From Mobula hypostoma (Eukaryota), in contig NC_086109.1 of NCBI RefSeq assembly GCF_963921235.1, positions 3,970,001 through 4,034,000 on the forward strand: a stretch of 64,000 nt of DNA, in the 5' to 3' direction. A model generated the notes under the pieces. It worked only from the letters and a program-made list of their open reading frames with translations, had not been told where the DNA came from and searched no databases. This document shows positions 25,196-34,946 of the stretch, in pieces. Position 1 is the first letter of the stretch. Each line of letters opens with the position of its first letter. The position numbers and the translations under genes were made by a program.

Positions 25196-25685
25196 TACTT
25201 CAGAGATTTCCCTGGTCCTCACCCGTCACTATTCCAACCTCTGAATCCAGCACAGTGTCCTTTGTTATTCCCACTATGTGCACGGACTGAAATCCCACCA
25301 TAGCCACAGCTCCCTCCTCCCTTTTCCACAAGTTCAAAAGTCAAGAGGACATGTTGCGACTTTATAAAAAAATCTGGTTAGGCCGCATGTGGACTACTGC
25401 ACACAGTTCTGATCGGCCCACTGTAGGAAGATGTTGTGGTTTTTGAAAGACTGAAGAAGAAGTTTACAGGATGCTTACTGGCCTGGTGTCACCCGCACCA
25501 TCACTGACATTATTCTGGGGATCTCCCATCCACTACCAGCAACCTCACAGTTCCCTTACCCCGCACTTCCTGTTTCTACCTCCTATGTAACGTCCAAAAA
25601 CCAGCCTGTCCATGTAGACCCATTGTTTCTGCTTGTTCCTGCCCTCTGAAAATATCTGCATACCTTGACTCTGTTCTATCCCTCT

Positions 25686-26224
25686 TGGTTAGGCCACACT
25701 TGGAGTACTGTGTCCAGTTCTGGTCACCTCACTATAGGAAGGATGTGGAAGCATTGGAAAGGGTACAGAGGAGATTTACCAGAATGCTGCCTGGTTTAGA
25801 GAGTATGCATTATGATCAGAGATTAAGGGAGCTAGGGCTTTACTCTTTGGAGAGAAGGAGGATGAAAGGAGACATGATAGAGGTGTACAAGATAATAAGA
25901 GGAATAGATAGAGTGGATAGCCAGTGCCTCTTCCCCAGGGCACCACTGCTCAATACAAGAGGACATGGCTTTAAGGTAAGGGGTGGGAAGTTCAAGGGGG
26001 ATATTAGAAGAAGGTTTTTTACTCAGAGAGTGGTTGGTGCGTGGAATGCACTGCCTGAGTCAGTGGTGGAGGCAGATACACTGGTGAAATTTAAGAGACT
26101 ACTAGACAAGTATATGGAGGAATCTAAGGTGGGGGCTTGTATGGGAGGCAGGGTTTAAGGGTCAGCACAACATTGTGGGCCGAAGGGCCTGTACTGTGCT
26201 GTACGGTTCTATGTTCTATGTTCT
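25686..26224 (+). mobile_element. Young 5'-truncated CR1 with (TTCTATG)n tail
   Basis: Open frame VRPHLEYCVQFWSP...FFTQRVVGAWNALP. Confidence 0.9.
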
Positions 26225-26692
26225 GTCCCTACTTAGCTACATCAGTGATACTTCACGCATGCTGGATCTTTTCAATGACTTCAACTTCCCTGGCCCCGAT
26301 TGTCTCATTTTCACCATGGATGTCCAATCCATATACAACTCCATCCCCCATCAGGAGGACCTTAAAACTCTCCTCTTCTTTCTAAATAACAGACCCAACC
26401 TGTTCCCCTCCACAAACACTCTCCTCTGCATGGTGAAACTGGTCCTCACTCTCAATAATTTCTCCTTCAGCTCCTCCCACTTCCTCCAAACCATGGGCAC
26501 TCACGTAAGTCCCAGCCATGCCTGCCTTTCCGTCGGCTATGTGATACAGTCCATATTTGATTCCTACACTGCTATCACTCCCCAACTTTTCTTTTGTTGA
26601 TTTGCCGACTGTATTGGAACTGCTTCCTGCACCCATGTTGAGCTCATCGACTTCATCAACTTTGCCTCCAAATTCCACCCTGCCCTCAAATT

Positions 26693-27198
26693 TAGAAACA
26701 CAGAAAACCTACAACACAACACAGGCCCTTCAGCCCACAATGCGTGCCGAACATGTACTTACTTTAGAAATTACCTAGGGTTACCCATAGCCCTCTATTT
26801 TTCTAAGCTCCATGTACTTATTCAAGAGTCTCTTAAAAGACCCTATCATATCCGCCTCCACCACCATCGCCAGCAGCCCATTCCACGCACTCACCACTCT
26901 CTGCGTAAAAAAAACACTTACCCCAACTTCTCTTCTGTACCTACTCCCAAGCACCTTAAAACTGTGCCCTCTCGTGTTAGTCATTTCAGCCCTGGGAAAA
27001 AGTCTCTGGCTATCCACACGATCAATGCCTCTCATCATCTTGTACACCTCTATCAGGTCACCTCTCAGCCTCCACCGCTCCAAGGAGAAAAGGAAGAGTT
27101 CACTCAACCTATTCTCATAAGGCATGCTCCCCAATCCAGGCAGCATCCTTGTGAATCTCCTCTGCACCCGTTCTATCGTTTCCACATGCTTCCTGTAG
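26693..27198 (-). mobile_element. 5'-truncated CR1
   Basis: ERVQRRFTRMLPGL...FFTQRVVSAWN; interrupts the Penelope RT at ALKF|WSI. Confidence 0.88.
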
Positions 27199-28403
27199 TG
27201 CTGGTCTATTTTCGACACCTCCCTCCCCTTTCTCAATCTTTCTGTCTCTATCTCTGGAGACAGTTTATCTATCGATATCTTTTACTAATCCACTGATTCT
27301 CACAGCTACCTGGACTTTACCTTTTCCCACCCTGTCACTTGTAAAAGTGCCATCCCCTTCTCTCAGTTCCTCCATCTTCACCACATCTGCTCTCAGGATC
27401 AGGCTTTTCATACCAGAATTAAAGAGATGTCCTTCTTTAAAGAAAAGGGCTTTCCTTCCTCCACCATCAGTGCTGCCCTCACCAGAATCTTTTCCATTTT
27501 GTGCATCTCTTTCCTCACCCCATCTTCCTGCTGCCCCACCAGGGATGGGATTCCTCTTGTCTTCACCTACCACCCCAGTAGCCTCTGCATCCAGCATGTA
27601 GTTCTCCGTAACTTCCACATCTCCAGCAGATCCCACACCAAGCACATCTTTCCCTCTCCTACCACTTTCTGCTTTCTGCAGGGATCGCTCCCTACGTGAC
27701 TCCCTTGTCCATTCGTTCCTCCCCACTGATCTCCCTCCTGGTACTTATCATTGCAAGCAGAACAAGTACAATGCCTGTCCCTGCGCCTCCTCCCTCACTA
27801 CCATTCAGGGCCCCAAACAGTCCTTCCAGGTGAGGCGAAACTTCACCCATGAGTCTGTTGGGGTCACCTCCAGTGCTCCCGGTGTGACCTCCTGTGTATT
27901 GGTGAGACCCGATGTAGATCGGAAGACTGCTTTGCCAAGCAACCTGCATTCCATCTGTCAAAAAAAGCGGGATCTGCTGGCAGCCTTCCATTTCAGTTTG
28001 ACTTCCCTTTCGCTTTTCAACATGCCCATCCATAGCCTCCTCTACCGCCTGATGAGACCACACTCAGGTTAGAAGAACAACACCTTATATTGCACCTGGG
28101 TAGCCTCCAACCTGATTTCATGAACATCAATTTCTCAAACTTCCCTTAATTGCCCTCCCCCTTCATATTTCCCTCACTCATCTTATCTTCTCACCTGCCC
28201 ATCACCTCTCTCTGGGGATCCTCCCTTTCCCTTTCTTCCATTGTCTTCTACTCTCTCCTATCAGATTCTCCCTCCACCAGTCCTTTATCTCTTTCACCAA
28301 TCAGCTTCCCCCTCCCCCTCTCCCGGTTTCACCAATCACCTACCACCTTGTACTCTTCCTCCCGTCCTCCTACCTTCTTGATCTAACTTCTCATCTTTTT
28401 TTC

Positions 28404-28441
28404 CAGTCCTGATGAAGGGTCTCGGCCCGAAACATCGACTG
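28404..28441 (+). ncRNA. Minimal hammerhead ribozyme motif
   Basis: CAGTC-CTGATGA-AGGGTCTCGGCCC-GAAACATC-GACTG: stem I perfect and core intact. Confidence 0.65.
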
Positions 28442-28504
28442 TTTACTCTTCTCCATAGATGCTGCCTGACCTGCTCGAGTTCCTCCAGCATTTTGCGTGT
28501 GGTA

Positions 28505-29815
28505 CCAGGAAGCTGCCTGGTTTAGAGGGCAACGTGTTATCACGAGAAGCTGGACAAAGCTGAGTTGTTCTCTCCGGAGTGTTGGAGGCTGAGGGGAGAT
28601 CTGATAGAGGTTTACAAGATGATGAGCGGCCTAGAGAGAGTGGACAGAGATCACCCGTTCCCAGGGTTGAAATGTCTAATACCAGAGGGTATGCATTGAA
28701 GGTGAGAGGGGTAGGTTCAAGGGGGATGTGAGGGGTAAGTTTTTAACTCAGAGTGGTGAATGTCTGGATTGTGCTGCCTGATATGGGGGTAGAGGCAAAT
28801 ATATTAAAGGCCTTTAAGAGATGTTTAGATTGGTATTTGAATGCGAGGAAGATAGATATATATGGACATTGTTTAGGTAGAAAGGATTATTTTTTGGGTT
28901 TTTTTTTGATTTACTTTTTAACTGGTTTGGCCCAACATTATGGGCTGAGGGGCCTGTCCCTGTGCAGTACTCTTCTATGCTCTATATTCTAAACGCAGGG
29001 ACCTCCTGGTCTGCGCATCCCTCCCCCACCTCCCTCCATGACCCCATGTATTTAATCCCGTCCTGGCAGTAAGTATAACTCTTGTCCTTACACCTCCTCC
29101 CTCAGCACCATCCCGGGATCCCGACAGCCCCAGCGTCAGGGAGTTCAACCTCATCTACTGCGTTCGGTGGTCCCGATGTGGTTCCCTCTCCACTGGCAAG
29201 ACTGGACACAGACCGGGAGAGCTCTCGCAGTGTGGCGAGTCTCTGGAACACACTGCAGAAGAGAGAGTGGCATAGGCAGAGTCACCGCCTGACTCCAGTT
29301 CAGAAGTGTCTGGACAATCTGTTGGTGAGGCCTAATTTGGAGTGTTCTCTGCAGTTTTAGTCACCTACCTACAGGAAAGATGTAAATAAGATTGAAAGAT
29401 TACAGAGAAAATTTATAAGGATGTGGCGGGGACTGGAGAACCTGAGTTATAAGGAAAGGTTGAATAGGTTAAGACTTTATTCCTTGAAATGTGGAAGATT
29501 GAGAGGAGATTTGATAGAGATATGCAATATTATGATGGGTACAGATAGGTAAATGCAAGCAGGCTTTTTCCACTGAGGTTGAGTGGGGCTGCAACTAAAG
29601 ATCATGGGTTAAGGGTGAAAGGTGAAAAGTTTAAGGGGATCATGAGGGGAAGCCTCGTCACTCAGAGGCTCGTGAGTGTGTGGAACAGCTGCCAGAGTTT
29701 TGGATGGGTACATGGATGGTAGGGACATGGAGGACTATAGTCTGGTGCAGTTTAAATGGTTCAGCACGGACTCAATGGGCCAAAGCACCTGCTTCTGAGC
29801 TGTACTTTTCTATAA
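28505..29815 (+). mobile_element. Two decayed CR1 3' fragments (about 28505-28990 and 29320-29815)
   Basis: RRLRGDLIE, TRGH.L.V.G and LVRPNLE relics; 3' hairpins. Confidence 0.7.
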
Positions 29816-30936
29816 CTTATTAAAAGACTTGAGTCATCTCGATGTGGAAAGCTTTGGGGCAGTGGCTGGGTGATGGGTGCCTGCTGGTGGGGGTGGACGA
29901 GACAGTACGAAAGGTCTGTTGCCATCCTGCGCCATGCTGAGACTCTGCAGTCATCTCTGGGTGAGGGGTAGCGTGTGGGAGCAGGCTGAGGTGGGCTACG
30001 TTCAGAGACAGACAAATACCCGCTAGGGAACCGAGCAGTGGAGGTGAATCTGATAACAAGACCGACAGTGGAATTACACAGGCATTGTTAGAGGCTCCAC
30101 ATTAAAAAATAATGTTCCCTTTATAGCAAGCTGGATTATTCTAGTATGTAACGGAATTATTTCCAATATGATAGTTATTATAAGAAACTCATGAAAGCAA
30201 AGGGAAGCAGTTGTCACGGGCTTTCACAAGGCCAGGAGACAGTACGCGGAGAAATTTCACATTTCACTGTATTAATGATAAATATTTAACAGCGTATTGC
30301 AGAGTCCATGAATATTACGATTTGTTCCTTCACTCCGATAGCACAGTATTCTCTCTTTTCATGATAATTCAAACTGTCTCGGGTATTGTAACTCATTAGT
30401 GGCTGAACATAAATGAACGCACACCTACTAACAGCTCCATCGTGAGCACTGGCCTCCTCGCCACTGAGGACATCTTCAAAACGGTGGCATCCATCATTAA
30501 GGACCCTCTGCACCCACAAAATGCCCCTTTTTCATCACTGTCATCAAAGAGGAGGGACAGGGGCCTGGGGACATACACTCAACATCTTCCTCTCCACCAT
30601 CAGATTTGGTGAAACCAAAAACGCCATCTCTCTATTTTTGCTCTCTCTTTGCACTAATTATTTAACTTTAAAAATATACTTCTTACTAAAATTCATAGTA
30701 TGTTTCGCATGCTGCTGCAAAGCAACAAAGTTCATGAAATATCTCAGCGACAGTAAAGCTGATTCTGATTCTGACTCTGAATGGTTGTGGTTCATCAGCC
30801 GTGGTTGGCAGCTCACCTAGGCGAAGGAAAACTCTGATCTCAAACCTCTGCTGCTTTGTGGCTACACCCACTCACGGGGAAGGCTCCAGAGGTAAACCCT
30901 GAGGAAAAATGTGGAGCTGGAGTCCCTAAGGCAGTC

Positions 30937-31766
30937 ATATAACCATATAACCATATAACAATTACAGTACGGAAACAGGCCATCTCAGCCCTTCTAGTCT
31001 ATGCCGAACTCTTACCTTATCCTATTCCCACCGACCTGCACTCAGCCCATAACCCTCCATTCCTTTCCTGTCCATATATCTATCCAATTTAACTTTAAAT
31101 GACAACATTCAACCTGCCTCAACCACTTCTGCTGGAAGCTCATTCCACACAGCTACCACTCTCTGAGTAAAGAAGTTCTCCCTCATGTTACCCCTGAACT
31201 TTTGTCCTCTAATTCTCAACCCATGCCCCCTTGTTTGAATCTTCCCCACTCTCAATGGAAAAAGTCTTACCACGTAAACTCTATCAATCCCCCTCAGAAT
31301 TTTAAGCACCTCTATTAAGTCTCCTGTCAACCTTCTACGCTCCAAAGAATAAAGACCTAACTTGTTCAACCTTTCTCTGTAACTTAGGAGATGAAATCCA
31401 GGCAACATTTTAGTAAGCCTCCTCTGTACTCTCTCAATTTTATTGACATCTTTCCTATAATTCGGTGACCAGAACTGTACACAATACTCCAGATTTGGCC
31501 TTACCAATGCCTTATACAAATTCAACATTACATCCCAACTCCTATACTCAATGCTCTGATTTATAAAGGCCAGCAAACCAAAAGCTTTCTTCACCACACT
31601 ATCCACATGAGATTCCATCTTCAGGGAACTATGCACCATTATTCCTAGATCCCTCTGTTCTAAAGCGTTCTTTAATGCCCTACCATTTACCATGTATGTC
31701 CTATTTTGATTAGTTCTACCAAAATGTAGCACCTCACATCTTTCAGCATTAAACTCCATCTGCCGT
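30937..31766 (-). mobile_element. 5'-truncated CR1 with (GTTATATG)n tail, inserted in a non-autonomous element spanning about 30785-31985
   Basis: 232-aa ORF containing QMEFNAERCEVLHFG...LVRPNLEYCVQFWSP...FFTQRVVAVWNELP. Confidence 0.9.
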
Positions 31767-33655
31767 CTGGTGGTGACTGGCAATTCCTGCGATGCCGCTG
31801 GTGCCAAGCTGTATCGGTCATTGCCATTCCTTTGGATTCATCAGCAGCATAGAGAATGGGAGTCTGCTACTTAGGCAACATCTTGCTCTCCACATCGCAC
31901 TGCCCTGGTTCGCATACTGGCTTGCGTATCACGTAAAGAGCTGACACTCAACATCCACAGTCAACCTCGACCAACGGAGGGCCTCAATAGAACATGAGAG
32001 CCCAATGCAACCCTTCAGCTCACAATGTTATACTGACCTTTTTACCTACTCTATGATTAATCTAACCCTTCTCTCCTACATAACCCTCCATTTTTCTTTC
32101 ATCCATGTGCTGATATAAGTTTTTCTTAAATGCCCCTAATGTATCATCACCGGCAGTATGTGCCACACACCTATCACTCTGTGTAAAAAACCTACCTCTG
32201 ACATCCCCGTCCCTATAATTCCCTCCAACCACCTTGTATTAACATTTTCCACTCTGGGAAAATGTCTCTGGTTAGTTTCTTCATCTATTTCTATTCTCCA
32301 GGAAAAAAAAACACTTCCCTCTCAGATCCCTTTTAGAAGTCTTTCCTCTCGTCCTAACTGCCTCTCATCGGTTCCTGGAGTAAATATTGTCAACGGCCTG
32401 AAGAAAGAGCAAAATGGAGATGCCTTTCGCTAATCTGATTGGTTCAAACTTCCCCAGAGCGTTCCAGCAAATGAATCTCATCTGAGGCGCAGTCTCCGCT
32501 GCAAAGCAGGAAATGCACGGCAAGATTCCGTACTACATGGGCAGGTTTGTGTTGTTGACCGAGGATGGGTGTTCACCACTTGAAGGCTCACCTTCCTCCT
32601 TCCGTCGGATGATACGCTGCACCTCTCCCACAGTGTAGCTCGCCCCCAGAACTGCATCTCCAACAGTTGCAGCCCACCTCAACATGGCATCTCCAACTGT
32701 GCAGCCACACTGACACATATTATATGGAGACATTATTGTTCAATGGTTCAGTTTAATATCTGAGAATGTATACAATAACCAACCTGAAATTCTTACTCTT
32801 CGCAGACATCCTCGAAACAGAAGAAAAAACCCCAAAGAATGAATGATAGAAAAAGGTTAGAACCCCAAAAACCAACAAAACAAAAATGCAAAGATCCATC
32901 ATTGTTTTCCTTGAACTGCTGTAAGTAATTAATGTGCACTTGATGGAAAACTTCCCAAGTAATTTCTGGAGATTGTTTTGCATTCATCTGCCCTCCAAAG
33001 CAAAGTGTGATTGGGCTGAAATAGCTGAAAGTCTAATTTCGAGTGGAGATTGAGTATTGCCGCAGATAATTTCCAGCAAATTAAACAATCGCTTAATGAG
33101 TTTCCCCTGAAACTTTCAAATGAAATGCTCTCGAAGTTGCCGAGACTTGGAAAGCAAGACCAGCATGATATGGTTCGTTTCACTTTTCTGAACATCTGCC
33201 GCTGTCAGTGGAATAGCTTGGCACGTGACTGAGTGTCAGCACAAAATCGGCTGGAACAGAAGCCGAGCTCGTGATGAATTCATCCCTTTCTCTCCCACAA
33301 TTAGCAAAATACCTCAGCAAAGAGGAAGCTTCTGTTCTTAATTAATCAGCTGGTGCGTACTGATTGAGGAACAGAAGCCATATAATTATATTTACTGCAG
33401 TCTGCCCCAACAGCAGCTATTCTCTAGTGATGCAATTAATAATTCACACCTGCCAAAATACCGAAAGGGACTCATGGACTGAGCCATTCGCGGGAGAATA
33501 TGAATGAAGCCTTAGACACATGAAGATAATAAACAACAGTCACTTGTCCTACTGAACTGGCTCTAGCATTCAGTGAAATCGTGGCTGATGGTCCACCTCA
33601 AGCTGATAGGCTCACTCTTATTCTGAGACCAGGACCCCACCCTAAGGAAACATCT

Positions 33656-33843
33656 CGGCAGATTTAAAAGGGCAGACATCCTGCTTCGGGTTTGATTCGA
33701 AGAAGGAGTCTGAGAGTCTGAGTGGGAGTGCCGAGAAAGAGATTTTTGAAATTTTCGTTATTTTTTTTCTCCAACGGCTTTCTGAGAGGCGGGACTGCGC
33801 AGGCGTGTGACGTCGGGCAGTGCAGCGCGGCAGATTTAAAAGG
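33656..33843 (+). promoter_or_regulatory. CR1 5'UTR promoter module with duplicated 16-mer
   Basis: CGGCAGATTTAAAAGG at 33656 and 33828. An NRF1-like TGCGCAGGCGTG and a CRE-like TGACGTC lie just upstream of the second copy. Confidence 0.55.
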
Positions 33844-34005
33844 AACAGAGCCTCATAGAGCGGGCAGCGTAGTTTGCGGGCGGCGGAGTGAGCCGGGAGC
33901 AGAGTGAAGACTTAAGGGCTTCGGCTCACCGGGCTTAGGCGGAAGCGGGCGAGGCGAGGAAGGTTTGACATTCATTTTCTGTTGCTATTTGAGGAGAGGG
34001 GCATT

Positions 34006-34941
34006 ATGACTGTGAGGGCAGTTTGCTGTTCTCGGTGTCGGATGTGGGAGGCCCAGGAGTCTCCAAGCCTCCCGGACGTCTACATCTGCACCAAGTGCAT
34101 CGAGATGCAGCTCCTAAGGGACCGCGTTACGGAACTGGAGCTGCAGCTCGATGACCTTCGTCTGGTCAGGGAGAGCGAGGAGGTGATGGAGAGGAGTGGA
34201 AGGCAGGTGGTCACGCCGGGGCCACGGGAGGCAGACAAGTGGGTCACGGTTAGGAGGGGGAAGGGGAAAAGGCAGGTGATGGGGAGTACCCCGGTGGCTG
34301 TGCCCCTTAACAACAGGTACTCCTGTTTGAGTACTGTTGGAGGGGACAGCTTACCCGGGGGAAGCGACAGTGGCCCTGCCTCCGGCACAGAGTCTGGCCC
34401 TGTAGCTCAAAAGGGTAGGGCAAGGAAGAGGAGGGCAGTTGTGATAGGGGACTCGATAGTAAGGGGGTCAGATAGGCGATTCTGTGGACGCAGTCCAGAG
34501 ACCCGGATGGTAGTTTGCCTCCCTGGTGCCAGGGTCCGGGATATTTCTGATCGTGTCCAAGATATCCTGAAGTGGGAGGGTGAGGAGCCAGAGGTCGTGG
34601 TACATATAGGTACCAATGACATAGGTAGGAAAAGGGATGAGGTCCTGAAAGAAGAATATAGGGAGCTAGGAAGGGAGTTGAGAAAAAGGACCGCAAAGGT
34701 AGTAATCTCTGGATTACTGCCTGTGCCACGCGACAGTGAGAGTAGGAATGCGATGAGGTGGAGGATAAATGCGTGGCTGAGGGATTGGAGCAGGGAGCAG
34801 GGATTCAAGTTTTTGGATCATTGGGACCTCTATTGGTGCAGGCGTGACCTGTACAAAAAGGACGGGTTACACTTAAATCCTAGGGGGACCAATATCCTGG
34901 CAGGGAGATTAGCGGGGGCTACTGAGGTGACTTTAAACTAG
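34006..34941 (+). CDS. CR1 ORF1p: CxxC/CxxC zinc finger, leucine-zipper coiled coil and SGNH/GDSL esterase domain (311 aa from the ATG)
   Basis: CSRC...CTKC, LRDRVTELELQLDDL, and SGNH blocks VIGDSIVRG, CLPGARV, HIGTNDI and DGLHLN are all intact. First ATG is at 34006; the ORF track starts at TTG 33982. Confidence 0.92.
   Translation: MTVRAVCCSRCRMWEAQESPSLPDVYICTKCIEMQLLRDRVTELELQLDDLRLVRESEEVMERSGRQVVTPGPREADKWVTVRRGKGKRQVMGSTPVAVPLNNRYSCLSTVGGDSLPGGSDSGPASGTESGPVAQKGRARKRRAVVIGDSIVRGSDRRFCGRSPETRMVVCLPGARVRDISDRVQDILKWEGEEPEVVVHIGTNDIGRKRDEVLKEEYRELGRELRKRTAKVVISGLLPVPRDSESRNAMRWRINAWLRDWSREQGFKFLDHWDLYWCRRDLYKKDGLHLNPRGTNILAGRLAGATEVTLN
34932..34941 (+). promoter_or_regulatory. Candidate -1 ribosomal frameshift site T_TTA_AAC followed by the ORF1 stop TAG
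   Basis: X_XXY_YYZ heptamer in phase with ORF1 codons TTA AAC. ORF2 is in the -1 frame and open across the site. Confidence 0.7.
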
Positions 34942-34946
34942 AATGG

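Larger units (their letters stand above)
25485..28502 (+). mobile_element. Long decayed Penelope-like element (RT, GIY-YIG, terminal repeat) with two nested CR1 inserts
   Basis: LIFTMDVQSIYNSIPHQE.LK, LVLTLNNFSF, GIPLVFTYHP; terminal repeat at about 28400-28502. Confidence 0.85.
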
